Shown: positions 50,639 through 64,000 of the stretch, in pieces | Layout: each line of letters begins with the position of its first letter | Numbering within the stretch: the stretch's first letter is position 1 | Assembly: GCA_046563655.1 (NCBI GenBank) | Contig: CM102290.1 | Span: 10,912,001-10,976,000 of the forward strand | Length of the DNA stretch: 64,000 bases | Reading direction: 5' to 3' | Source of the DNA: Yuukianura sp. NJ FZ-2021 | Lineage: Eukaryota | The notes under the pieces: generated by a model | Seen by the model: the letters and a program-made list of their open reading frames with translations, nothing else | Databases searched by the model: none | Told to the model about the DNA's origin: nothing | Position numbers and translations under genes: made by a program

Positions 50639-52599
50639 GCGTTTGTCTGACTGCGAAGTGACAGAAGAGCATTGTGATGCCCCGAGGGGTTTCTGAATTA
50701 ATGAGGGTGTTTGGACCTAGAAGCGTCCTTGTTGGAAGGTGTGTTCAGGGAACCCCGCCCCGCCAAATTGGAACAAATTACTTTTCCAAGCATCAACTTA
50801 ACGCTCTCCGCCTTTGATGGGTACTTCCAAGCCTTCTCGCCGTAATTGAATTTTTTTTGTACCGAAATTTTGAAATTTTTTATGTGTATACTGATCTCCT
50901 AGGGCCGTTTTTTACTTTAAAAACCATTCGATACTAATCACCTTCAACCACTCATTTTCATTTCTTGTTTTCCCGTATATAATCATTGTTCATTTTTTCT
51001 CTCCTTTGTTCACAGAGGTTATTCAGCAAAACAAAGGATCTTGGGAGAGCATGAAGGAAATTAACGCCTAGAAACACAAATTGAAAAATAGGGACTCGAG
51101 GCCAGCATGTCTTCACGCAGAACCTATCACTGAACTAACCAAATTCCTTGTGGATCGTGAACAAAAGTTATGCTTCTGAAAAAATACGAAATAGTTTCAA
51201 AATTGGCGAAAAAAAAGTTAATTTTGAAAAGAGAAATTTTTCTAGCCCAAAAAATAAGCTTTGTTCTCTTTAAAAAAAATAACTTTGGATTGGGAATAGA
51301 TTCAGTGCAAATCCAAATCAAAAAAGTTCCAATTTTGCAAAATCAAAACACAGTAAAGCAAAATATTTCCGATTTTGTAAAAAAAAAAAAAAAAAAATTT
51401 CACTTAGATCAAGTGGAAATCAAAACCAAGAAGCTGGTAAAAAAATCCAATTTCAGACTTTTTTTTTGTAAAAGTGTAGAAGCGTGAAGCATCAGCTGAA
51501 ATAACGTAGGTTGAAGATGAATATGCCAAGTTTACAACAATGGAATTGATTTTTTTTTAATTTTTTCTCCTGATTTTTTTTTGAGTAAAAAATGAAATGA
51601 ATCACGTAGATTTTTGGAAACCTGGCGGTTGAAATTTCATTTTGTGGAACAAGAAAGGGAGTGAGTGGCAGTTTGGAATGATTTTGGGAAAATTGTAATA
51701 AAAGAGCCGCAAGGCTCCCCACTTAAGTTTCAGTGAATTGAATTGAAATTTATGTAATTCGTGACCACCACTGACGTCTGATGTGCCTGTTAAGCCAAAA
51801 TGAATTGGTTTGTAGTCTGTCCATCTAAGGGCAGGTCTATTGAGCACAAGGCGGGCTTTTTGCGGTTCTTTTTAAACTAAAACGACAGACGAAGAACATC
51901 AGCTCTGTCCAAACCTTGTTCTCATCCAATGTTCTTAAGACGTGGCCGAAAAAAAGGAACTTGCGTGTTATTGGTGTGGTAGTTGTCACGGAGCTTGCGT
52001 ATAAAAAAGATGGCATCCTGATCCGAATCGAGATCCTTCGTTTTGTTTTAAGTTTCCTGCAAATTGTCGGAATTGGATTTGATTGCAAATTTTCATTTCT
52101 TTTGCAACAACTAAGGAAATTGGTGTCTCGGATTACAATTTGGGGAATCACATGAAAACTTAAAACATAGTAAAAATTTCAACAAAACAAATGAATCTAC
52201 GAAACTTTAGAAATATGAAAAAATGTTTAGGAAGGTCATGATCTTGTGGTATCCTTACGTGAAGGGACTCCCTGGACAGGGACCGCAGCCCTTGGGCCTA
52301 GAGCTTTTTCGGATCACGTTCAAAATGCAGACAACATTGTGTGACCCTTTGAACTTTGCCTTGGTGGTCGCCATATTTCTGGAAGGACTACGAAAAGCCA
52401 ATGCTATTCATCTCTAACCTGGAATCAGAAAGAGCGCGAAAGCCTCGAGGCATTTCAAATTCACAATCATTGTGCTAAAACCCAATGCGGTTCGTTAAGC
52501 TTATTATATTCTCTGCTCCAAGCAAAGATTTTAGAAATTTCGATTTGTGTTACACAACGTCCATGATCCTACTGTATGGGAATGAACAGAATTTTCCAG

Positions 52600-52612
52600 A
52601 GGTCATTGACCC
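52600..52612. promoter_or_regulatory. IR1 / ecdysone-response-element-like motif
   Basis: AGGTCAtTGACCC. Confidence 0.45.
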
Positions 52613-54902
52613 CAAAAAAATATTTGACTAACAGAATTGGTTCTCAATTCTAATCAAGTCAACCGCCAAACTTTGAAAACTGAAAAAAAAACTCAAAGTT
52701 TTCCCGCGTTTCGTTCCTTAACGAGCAAGGAAAGTTATCTGATCCAATTACCTTTCCTTACACGAGTCAATTCCAAAATCAGAATTTTGATTTGATGAGC
52801 TCAGAGACTTCAATTTCAATTCCCACTTGAATTTCAAATTGCGCCAGGCAAGAAAAACTGTGTCCAAAGGAGAGAGCCAATCAACGAACAAGAGGAGCAC
52901 AATCTTAAAACAAGATTTCAAACTTGTCTTAGCGCTCATTTTAAGAAAAAAATGTGAAAAGTTTGTAAGTTGAAAAAAAAATTCAAATCCCAAATAAATC
53001 AGTTCGAGATGATAAATTTTGCGAGGAAATCTACAAATTGAAAACCTTGAGTCATACCGTGTAGGCTAATCGTAGCAACGCAGTTGGAAGCGGGAAATCG
53101 TTTTCGAACTTTTCTTTTCAAACTTGTATAAAAAAGCAAGTTTCCTCCTACTGCGCGTGAGTTTTGCTCAGTTTGAAAATTGGTCGCTCCTGAATGAATG
53201 AAGGTGATGATCTAGAAGTTGGACTCCTACAGCGATTTTTTTCAATTTTGAAAATTTTCGCGCTTATGAGGTAATCGCCGCGTGGACATGGCGGGAGGGC
53301 CAGTTGATTGTTTGTCCGTTGAGTTATGGTTGTCATGATCTTGAAAGTTAGGCGAATTATGGTCGAAGTTGGGGGGCTAAGCGGAGGGGGGACTGTCCAA
53401 TTTTGGTTCGGTCATATTATTTTTGAAATTTTCCAAATTCGAAGTTTTGAGAGCAGCAGCACTGTTGCGTGAATTGAAGTAATAACATGTGTGTAGGGTT
53501 TGATGTTTTCCTGGGCAAAGTCTATTAGAAGGTACGCGGGAGTCCATTTTTATTAGGTTCGTTCCATTCTCTAGTTAAGTTGGCAGCAGGTGACCAATTC
53601 CCGCCAAAATTCAAAATTCAATCAGTTTAAAAAACATTTTCAAAGAACTCCTGTGTAATATTTTATACCTTATTATCATTGTACGTAAAATAATATTTGG
53701 AGTGACAATCTTATAAATCTGCATAATATTCAGAACCTTCTTAAACATATTTAAGTTTGAATTCTTAGTTTGTCAATAAATAAAAATCAGTGTGAAAGAA
53801 ATCTAAAAAACATGGCATAAGTTTCTGAGCTTTTTTATGAAAGAAAACCACTGACTTTAGCAATTCTGCATTTTGTTTTTGTTTCTTTGCTGTCATTGTG
53901 ATTTTTAAAAGCGGAAAGAGTTGAACTGAAGTTTGAGGTGTCGGAGCAGCTGGAAAAATGAAGAGGCGCTACGAAAAAAAACGGGGGAAAATTTAAAAAA
54001 AAAAACAGTTGACAAGACATGGTAGGGGTTTTTTAAGGACTGACTGGTATCTGCTAAGGACTTGTCCGTTCGTCACACTCAATTTTTCGGATGACAAATT
54101 GGATCCTTGACTTTCAAGATTTTGTCTCTAATGATTTCCTTTCCATTTTTTTTTTCAAAATTTCCCTCCACCCGCCGCCAGTCATTGTCACAACAAGGAC
54201 TCCAATCAATTGTGGTTACATTTGCAGTAAGCAGAACGAAAGAAGAGGAGATACGTCATCATCAAACAACTTTTCAAAAAAAAAAGAGAGGAAAGAGATT
54301 TTGAAAAATCTGAACCAAACATTGGGCGGAGCGTAATTTGATTTTCAAATTTAACCAAATTGGGTTTTAAATTATAGCGCGTAGGAGGGGGATGGAGACT
54401 TAAAAAGTACATGACAAGTCTGATTTGAAATTTCCGCTTTTTGAAATTTCAAAATTCAGAAACTGTTTGTCTAATTTCTCACTTGAACAACAACTCTCAC
54501 TCTCACTGGAAGACGCTATCGGCTTCCTTGGTTCAAATGGACTGTAAATTGTTCAAATGGGGTTGAAAACAAGGGGTGAAAGTTTTGAAAAGTGGCGCTT
54601 CTTTTTTCTGCCTGCTCTTGTAGAAAGTTGATGCTAATTAGATCTCTTCTGGGATCTATCATGCAGACCCATTAGAATTTAGGATTCAAAATGGAAAGTT
54701 CCCGCTTCCTCCCTTTCCAGAGCTTCTCAAGCAGAAAATTCTCTCTTGAACCAAGTCATCATCATCAGTTCCCTTTGAAAAGCATTAGGCAGACTCGCCG
54801 ACAGTGTCAACTCAAGCAGAAGGAAAAACAAGAACTGTTGAATCGCTAGTCATTTCTCTTCCAAAACTTACATTTGTACACACATGACATGCAGATGACA
54901 TG

Positions 54903-54915
54903 GGGTCAATGACCT
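54903..54915. promoter_or_regulatory. IR1 / ecdysone-response-element-like motif
   Basis: GGGTCAaTGACCT. Confidence 0.45.
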
Positions 54916-56759
54916 TTCGTCCGACACTTCTACATTCATATGTTCTGGACATGAATTGAACAAAATCCGTTATAGACGTCAAGCGGACATTGAATGACGC
55001 CCGTGCTAAAACTGGAAATCTTCCACAAAGAGAAGATTTTTTTGAGTTTAAAAAGTATTTTTTTTAACTTCAAACATTTGCAACTGTTGAAACTTACTTT
55101 TGCTTCCTTTGGGAAAAGCGGTATGAATTAATCTCTGACTTTCACTTAAGACTTGAAATTTTCAGCTATTAGGGTGCTGAGCACCTTGAACACTTTAGTT
55201 TTTAGTTAACGGCGCGCGAAGTTTTTGAATTAGAAATTTCCAGAATGATTGAAGTTTTGAAATGGTTCCATTCCATTGTTTGGGCAGAAAAGAGAAAAGA
55301 CCGTAAGATGAGCAGGAGCCCATCAGCCTCATTTGAGTTTTCGAAGTACTTTCTTCTTTCCTGCAAAGGAGGTTTTTGAATATACCACTACGCTGCTAGC
55401 GTTCAGAACCTGCTCTCATTTGAATTTAGAAAATGGCAGTGGCGGGAGAAATTGAAATGAATTTGACGTTGAGTCATTGAGATGGAAATCATCATCATCG
55501 GATTTCCGTTGAGAACTTTGAGAACGCAGGATTTAAGTCAAGCAGAAAAGGAATGAATCTTCCTTTTCACTTTTCTCCTTTTTGAATTTTCCCACCCACC
55601 AAAACACACGCCGCTTCATCTTTCTGTCTCTGCTTTTTGACTCAAACGACGAAATATTAATCCTAGTCTTAAGACTTTTCTTTAGAATTAATTGAAATGG
55701 GTCTGCAGAGAAAATCGGTGCAAAACTACCTGATTCTTTGGGAAATCTGGCCACCAGTTCAACTCGAATTGGTTCAACTGGAAAGCTTCGACTAAGAAAT
55801 TGGTTCAACACTAAGCCAACGTAAACTATCCTTTGAACAAGATCGTATTTATGCAGGAGACAATGATATTGGTTCAACTAAAGTTTGTTCGTCGCTAGAT
55901 ACTTGATTCGACGAATCGATTCAGTTTCGTTTGATGTTAGACAAATTCCCTAAGCATGCGTAGTACCTTGCAAAAATTTCTTCAATTGAACCAACTACCA
56001 ATTTGATCCAACTCTAGTTGAACAAAATACTGTTGACTCAAATGCAAAAAATAGGAGATCCCACCCCTTGCGGCAAAAAAAAAGAACTTCTTTTCTTTCA
56101 TTTTTGATTTGAAACACGCGGCAAAAAACGTATTTATCATTATTCAAAGTTTCCCGCCACACAGGTTAGATTTAAGAAATAGATTTGGCGGTTGATGTTG
56201 GAAGGCGGGAAGTGGCAGGAAATGAAAAGGCTTTCGAAGTGATACACCTCTGGTTCAAATGGCATTTCGGTATAGAATGCTGCCATTTCTTATCTTTCGT
56301 CCAACCCCTTCCCTCATATTTCTTCCTCCTTTGTTGTCAATCTGAGAAGCAAAAAGTGACAGAGTTGGGCACTTTTCTTTTTTTTAATAACAAACTTTTG
56401 TGAATTTTGAATTTCCTCGGGAAAAAGTACACCACTATCCTTTGAAAAGACGGCGCGAAATTGATGATGAGTGATCTTAATCGAATCAAAAGATGTTCCA
56501 TTTTTCGCGGCTTTTTCGTGAGTTCGTTTAGTTAGAGGAAGAGGGAAATATATTATAACTTTTTGTACTTTCAGGTTGACTATTCTTTTCAAAATTTTCC
56601 AACCACAGTCGAGCGGAAAAATTCAAAAGTATTTGAATTTCGTGCTTCCTATCACCCACTTTCACTATCAGTTAGCAGGTTGCACGCTTTTCCTATTTTT
56701 TTTTTAAAAACTACCATACCGATAAATTTGGGCATATAAATACAAATTACATTACGGAA

Positions 56760-56820
56760 GGCTACCTACCTACATGGTTAGAACTGTGAAGTCGCGAGTT
56801 CGAGTCCAGGGTCAGGCATT
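56760..56820 (+). other. tRNA-derived fragment, possible SINE head
   Basis: A-box-like TACCTACATGGTTAGA and B-box/T-loop-like GTTCGAGTCC (56798-56807); anticodon arm missing, so not a functional tRNA. Confidence 0.35.
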
Positions 56821-59800
56821 ACTGAAATCGCGCTGAATGAATAACCTAGCCATTAGCCAAGTTGAGCGAATGACCTCGTGACCCCTTAGATTTTACTTCT
56901 AAGGTCCGTTATTATTGAACTGAAATGGGAAATGAATGGGAATGTGGCGGCCATTAGTGCTTGGGAAAGTGTCCCGTGGGATCACTTTCCCTCCAGATTA
57001 GCTCCTGCAGAAAGGAGCCATGGGCACTCCGTGAGGCTCGAATTTCAAAATTCGGCGCCATTTTCCAGCATCAGCAACTTTTGCTGGAGGAAACACTGGC
57101 CAAAGGCACCTATTATCCGGCCCTTTCATCTTTACCCGCAAACTTCCTCCGTTCGGAGGCAATGGTAAAAGGTTACTTCAGAAGTAAAAGTCCTTATCGT
57201 AACACTGTTAATTGCAACCATTTAGAGGATCCCTGGACTTTTCTGTGTGGAACCTTTATCACAAATCAAAACATGGAGAATTGTAGGGAGGAAAGTTCAA
57301 ATTTAAACCTGAAATGGAATTAGTATTTCTTTCTCGGAAAAAAATTGTTGTAGAGGCACATTTCTTAACGTTTCACAGTATTGGTTTTGCTTTACATATT
57401 TACATTTCAAACCAGGAAGCAAATTGTATACAGTAAGTTTGCAATTGAAGCAAATTCGATGTCGTCGTATTCTAAAGCAGCTGAAGTATTGGCAGTTTTC
57501 TGATGCCAGCCACTTTCTTTTATAGCCAAAACGTATATATAGTGCGTGTTGTTCCAAACAGTTTTGATTGTTTACCTTCCAAAAGGGAAAGAATAGCCGA
57601 TTTATGTTGAGGCAGCATTTCAAGCTGGAGGGGAAAGCAGGTGACAGAGGGATGTGTGGTAGTGAGACCAACATTAAAACAGTGAGTAAATTGTGTAGCT
57701 AAAATAGGAAGTCAATTCGAAAGAGGATATGAAAGGAAGGAGGACTATTAAATTTTCATTGATTTCCTACCAACGACCCATTAAGTTTCCCAAGTCAAAG
57801 TGGAAGGTTGCCACGACGGTGTTACGGATTTTGAACTGTTTGGATTCTCAAGCCATCCAGAATTATTACAGCCCATTTAATTCTGTAAGCTTACTGCCAC
57901 CGTAGAGTGTCTCTGCTTTTATGAGCAAACGTCAGTTGCCCGCAGTCAGTCATTTCCGCATCTCCAAATACTTCACTCTCACGCAGCTCCATCCCTCCCC
58001 CCAATTTTCAATTCCGTATGCACCACAAGCAAATATTTCCCGCATTTTCACCGACAAATACTCTCCTCACTTTGGTCCAACACTTTCTCCCATTGGATTT
58101 TACAGTGGAAATTGATGATGGTGGTTGAAGACGCAAAGGCTGTTTCGATTTATCTTCACCTTCAAGAGAAAGGGACCCCTCCAAAGGGCCCCTTTAACCC
58201 GAAGGATAATGAATTGACGACGGTGGAAAAGCTTTGGAAAAAGCAGAGCTTTCACCGCCGCGGTTTTCTTTCTTTTTCAAGTAACGCACCAAAAGCACGG
58301 AGGTCCGCGACAGCTGAAAAATGATTTTCATTGACGTGCGTGTCCTGCTTTGCTGTTGCTGGGTTGGTTGGTATAGGTTCTATATCGTGTACATACACAA
58401 TACCACGCGGTTTCTTGCACTATACTGAAAATCGCTTTGCGGCATACGGCTTGTTTCTAGTTCGAAATTTGTGAATGTTTTCAAAAACGCAATGTTGCAA
58501 AAATTATAACTATAAACTCTTAAGGTTAAGGTTACTATTAAATTTTGAAGCTTTTTATTCCTTAGAACAAAAGCGTTTTAATAAAAGAGATACTTGACGT
58601 TCATAAGTTTCAGAGGCGTGTTTGGTAGCAGGAGGAGGAAATTTTGAAAATGAGGAACCAGATTTTGAAAATCCCGTTGACGTTTCGTTTTCTAAACAAT
58701 GACGCTGTACTAATTTGTCTTGGAGGGAAAACCTTTAAATAAGTAAAGGGAAGATGAGGAACGTTGTTGGATGGATGGATTTTGAAGCGAGGCGGCAGTG
58801 CGGTTTGCAGGGAGTAACAAAAGGTCTTAAACTTGGCGCTTGCCGCAGAGAAAGTGAAGGATGGCTTTCTCTTTTGTGCCCACGGAGATGGGCAAAACAC
58901 TTTATCCTACAAGGGCTTAGTCATGGCACGACATTTGTGGGCGGAAAACTATGGACGTGCTACTACGAACAAGACTATGGAAACAACCAGAGCAGCCTTG
59001 GTCACTCGTTAAACCAACACATTGATGGACGTACTTTCATGCACCGAATGCTGGACGGTAATACATAGAAATAAGGCAAATGTGTTTTTGTAGTCACTTT
59101 TACATACGGCGAGCTGTTAATAGACGGCTAATTGTTGAGCACGATGTGCTCATAGAGGCATTTCTCTTCAGTTGGTTTTTAACGTAGATTAGGTAATGTC
59201 CATCCATGGTGTTAGTTAAGTATAATAGTTAGTTATAATACATATATGTTAGTTACATCATTCGTTTCCGTCTATAACTTCTAGTTTAAGAATACTTCGA
59301 TATGCAAAGTTGTCCATTGCCATCCGTCCAGAACCGTCCGGGAATGAGGTTGCAAAGACCACATACATCATAGTGGCAGGCCATGCATTCAACTATATGT
59401 CAAATTCAGCATGCCCCATCCGCTGCTGCTTGAAAAACGAATACCCTTCCAGGCTCCTTCCAGAATCGCTGACTAATCTTTTCACGGCGCATCAGCGTCT
59501 CGTCTCCACATTTCTCCTTGTCAGGCTAGTTCTCTCTCTGGAGAAAGTGCAGAGAGGATTTCTCTCTTGTGCTTGGTGTCCTGGCTCAGGTGGTCCATTT
59601 CCTATACCAGATTTTCCCGCCATTTTTTTTTGAAAATTTTGAAATACCTAAAATTTTCGAAAAAGCCCCTTTCCCATTCTCTAAGCCTTTGAACAAACGT
59701 TTGGAACCAAGAAAAGCCTCTCGCCATGTTTATTTATTTTAAAATTCTGGACGGAAGCTGTTGTGGAAGGGCTTTCAAATCTCGTGCCCACCTCTCATCC

Positions 59801-62800
59801 TTTCCGCCACTTCCAATTATTGGATTGTCGCTGGAAATGTCGCCACGACTACTTTTCAAAATTCAAATACAAAAGTTGCAGTATGGATTGAAGCTGAACA
59901 ACAAATAGAACGTTTTTCCTTTTCTCACTTTTATTTCGAAATTCAAAAGAAGAGTTTAGTAAAATGGATGTAAACAAGTACAACACTCTCTCCTTCTTTC
60001 GACATAATTTTCAGCACGAAAAGAAAACAAAGAAAAGGATTCGAAAAGTGCACTGGAAAGCTGAACTTTCAAGTGTGACGACATCCAGAACTTTTTTTAA
60101 GAACCGCCAAAAACTTGAAATTTTGAAAGAAGAACTTCGAAGAAAAGCCGAAAGGACTAACTCGACATTTATGACTTTTAAATCACCGCGCTCAAAAACT
60201 TCTAAAACTGAAAGAGCATAAACACTGAGAAAAACTTTTCCCGGCAAAAAAAAAGCAAAAAAAAATCTCCAAAAATGTTTAAGAATGAAGTTTCATTTTA
60301 CAGACGATTTCGCTTTACACGTTCACTAATTTAGTGATTTCAACTATTGGTTCATCACAGAGAGCGAATTTCGCTATTTCGTTTTTTTCACTGCAGAGGG
60401 CGCCATATTTCGGAATTGGATTCAAAACTTTGAGCTTTTATGGAGTTTGAGACTTGGCGCGAGTAAATTTGAACTTGAGAGGTCGTTCTGAACTCATTCC
60501 TTGAAACAATGCTTGATGACGACGTGGTCGGTGGGTGCTCAGGTGGTTTTCTGAACATAATTGAAAGTTTTGAAATTGGCGCGTCGGTTCGTTTTGAACC
60601 GCGCCGCAATACTTGAACTTCCCTCGAAGTTTCCATCCCTTCCCTTCCCCCGTTTTAATTAATTTCCTCACTTCCTTCAGCAGGACCTAAACCCAACAGT
60701 AACCAGCGGGCTCTTCGGAAGTGTTTGTGTAGATTCAACTAAAACCGAAAATTCGGATCTTCCAGAACCTAACTAAACAGAAGCGGGAGAGTTTGTTCCT
60801 CCCGTAGACAACAAACAGTTGGAATTGAGTTAGGAAGTCCTTGGGGTCAAATCAACTCTGGAAACAACTCAAATCAACCAAAACAGGAGCAAAATAAGCG
60901 CGAAAGGCACGGAAGTACGCCAAATTATAAACTGAAACAAACCGCAGTCGCAATTATGGTTTTACCGCTCTCGCCTTCGGCCAAAAGTTTGTGCCAAATT
61001 CCTCAAAAATTTGAAATTGAATGGGCAACAGAGTTCAGAACAGTGTGGCTATCTTTTTATATGCCATACGCAGACTCGAAACTTTGAACGAAATTTTGAA
61101 AAAAAAAGTAAGACTTAAGGATCGGCTAACGATGTTTAGTCTTGAGCTTTAAGCGTGATATAACTTACGATAATTTTTTGTAATTGTTAGAAATAAATCA
61201 CTAAAGACTTAATTTATTAATTACTTTTTTTAGCGGGTCGTTGCAGTTGGTTTGTGTCAAATAAATTGTTTACACTTCCGCTTTTTGAAAAAGGAGTGAT
61301 TAGCAGCTTGGTCATGTCCAAAAAGGAAACCAAAATTTAAAAAGTTTAAAAAACCCGGCACTACCACTGCAGTGAAAGGAGCTGATGTCACTTGGCGACA
61401 GATGCGTGCAACCACTTACTTCCGTTCTCAGGACCCTAGGATGACAGATCCATGTTTACTTTTTTGATTTTCGCGCCCAGTTCAAATGTCGCGGGAGGAG
61501 TTGAATTTGAGCTTATTTTTAAATTGGAAAGTGGATCTCAGGGTGCTGGAGAACTTGAAGTTAATTAACATCATTCAAGTGGAAAGAATGAAGGTGCATA
61601 GACATCCTTCTTCTGGGTGTTCAAAAGTATCAACACTTCAAAAGCGCCAAAATTCAAACTTTTCTGGCACGAATATCCTCCTTTTGTTCTGCTTACTTCC
61701 AAGGAAAAACTATGGGGTTTGGAGGGGAGCCTTAGAATTGGAGACGTCAAGGACCTGCAGAAGTGAAGTAGCCTCCAGAAGTTAATGAGGAGGGGGAAGG
61801 ACGATTTTCATTAAGGATTCACCATACTCAATTACGTGTCAAAAGACTCAAACTTTTGGAAGAAAAAAAACAACTTTTTTCAATTTTTGATTTTTGTTTA
61901 GTTGAAAACACTGAAACAAACGCTTGATTTTAAAATTTGTCATTTCAGCTAAACTATGAAATGAGTTTGAGAATTTTCTACCTTGATTTTTTTTAGCCTC
62001 TCCCTCCCACCCCATTGTTCTCTTCATTTTTTTTTTCAATTTACCGTTGCAAACTTAGTAATCAAAAACACAAAAAATTGCAAAGAATTAATTCTGGTCT
62101 CAAAACCTCATCACTGACAATGGAAAAAGAAAAAATGATTTTTTAGCTTCCCAAATAAGTCGAGCAATTAGAGCAATACAACCGCAAATTAATTTAGCAT
62201 AAAGGAGGCTGTAAGAATGATTATTTTTGAAAACGCTTTTTTTTAGAAACGTCACCCTAAGCATTTGACACAAAAAACTGTGCATGCGCAGAAACCGTTT
62301 TAAAGAAAAACCACAGGTAGGCTACGGAAGACATGCAGTTTTGGAACTGGTCCACATTTGGGGGAATGGGGAGGGGGCAGTTGACCCCTCGCTTGACCCC
62401 TGAATGATGCAGTGGAAGTTGAAAGTGATTTATCGCTCAATCACTTACTCCGCCCCCTTTTTTGAATCTTCCCGCACTCTTGTACAATGCAGGATGAGAA
62501 CACTTTTGATTGAATTTAATGGGCGAACAAAAGAAACACTTTTTGAATCAGGAAATTACAAGTGTTGGTGTGCTCATCTCTCTCCCTCTCACTGTAATTA
62601 CAATGGACATAATGGAAATTGCCTCACATCATGATGGACACTGAATGTTAATGAAATAAACAATGATTGTTTATGGTTCAAGCTTCGTTGCAAACATTTT
62701 CAAAAAAGTTTTCTCGCGCCAACTATCACACCCAAGATGCAGCCAGTACTATTTGGTCTAGTCTGGATCTGGATTTGAGTGATCCACTTTGAAGGGTTTC

Positions 62801-64000
62801 CGTGTCTCATTTGTTTTCAACTAAAAAAAAATATCCCGCCGATTTTTAATTTCTGGGAGAAAAATTAGAACCGAGGTAAAAACCTCGGAATTTAAAAAAC
62901 AAATCCACCATTTTTTATTTAAAATTCTCAAATAAAATTTTCTACTCCCTTTCTAACTTTTTTCAAGAAATTTTTTTTTCCAGATCTTACGAAAACTTGT
63001 GTTTCAGAAATTCAGGTTTCGAAATTGTTTCTATTTCTGAAATGCATAGAAGTTGGGACAGTTTTATGAAAACTCTTTAATGGCACTTTGGTACATGCTA
63101 AGACTTTTCTATTTGAGCAGTTTTTAGTAGAAAATTGAAAACGTTGTGCTCACTTCATGTAAATGTACTCCATGAGTCTAAATATAAATAAACAAATTAA
63201 CTAATAAAGCAAATCAAATTGAAAAAAAAATTAATGACAGGCGGATGTTATCATTAGGGTTCTGAAGGCCAAACTGTAGTGTCCGTGGCTGACTTTCTCT
63301 CTGCTTTCTTCTTGATTTGGGTTGTGGTGAGTTGTGCGCGTCTTAGCAATTGACTCAGCTATGTTTCTGACTCTAATTGAGTCTTCGTTTGTTCATGAAA
63401 ACTGAACTCTAGTGTTCCAAAACACTTGAGAACATCAGAACCAGAAGGAGGGAAAATTCAAACCCTTTCCAATCAACTCCCAAACAAGACGGATTCACAC
63501 ACGATGCAATTGTTACTCAAAGAGAAAAGAAAGCTTGGATGTGGAAGAAGACAAAACAATGTTATTCAAAAATTCAAAAGTTCCCTCTCCTCCTGACGAC
63601 GCCTGATTGATGGATTGGATCTCTGTGATTAGCCTGGGAAGTGGTCCAAGCCATGCAGGAATCCTGTCGATCCATCATCCTGACCCTCAGGACCATCCAT
63701 AGCCTATCGCTCAAGTTCAAATCCACCAGCGCTCTCCTTTTCCCGCCGCTTGCACACTACCAACCACTTGCAGCGGGAATTGAACAAAATTTAAATTCAA
63801 AAATTGACTTTCTTGCTTTTCCAGTGGCATTGCCAACACACTAGTAACTTTTGTGTTTCCTAACTCCCGCCGCACTATCATCTTCAAAAGTGACGCACTC
63901 TGTCATTCGAAATGAATCTGGTAGTGACGGACAGTTGATGATGGATTGGGGTCTAATTGAATTCGGAAAATCCAAAATGGCGCCAAATTCAATTGATTCC

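Noticed and set aside
55700..56030. Repeated GGTTCAAC motifs as a MITE
   Set aside because: No convincing TIR pair or target-site duplication.
50100..64000. Many 60-120 aa ORFs
   Set aside because: F/K/L-biased translations of AT-rich DNA, often with non-ATG starts, and no recognisable domains.

Overview
AT-rich eukaryotic (invertebrate, arthropod-like by protein similarity; inference) genomic window with short GT-AG introns; no prokaryotic features. It holds four recognisable spliced genes: the 3' half of a class II DYRK kinase (DYRK2/3-like, +, 9925-15122; upstream exons not seen in the window), kinesin-1 heavy chain (-, 27317-23392, 13 coding exons, 978 aa), a divergent adenylate-kinase-fold gene (-, 28979-28161) and a PHD+JmjC demethylase of the PHF8/KDM7 family (+, 45097-49214, 14 exons, 905 aa). 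Between the AK-like gene and PHF8 lies a ~14 kb mosaic: an orphan Cys-rich gene, spliced gene relics, a Tc1/mariner-type MITE, a perfect 5-unit heat-shock element, a frameshifted WDR3/Utp12 3' fragment, and an 8 kb higher-order tandem array that appears built from two exons plus introns, with one copy still in frame. Also present: a PIF/Harbinger-type MITE, a 318-bp satellite whose monomer is a fold-back palindrome, a 59-bp satellite inside a Khc 3'UTR intron, and several consensus nuclear-receptor elements (DR1/IR1). All exon models were assembled by eye from splice signals and reading-frame continuity; no database search was run.
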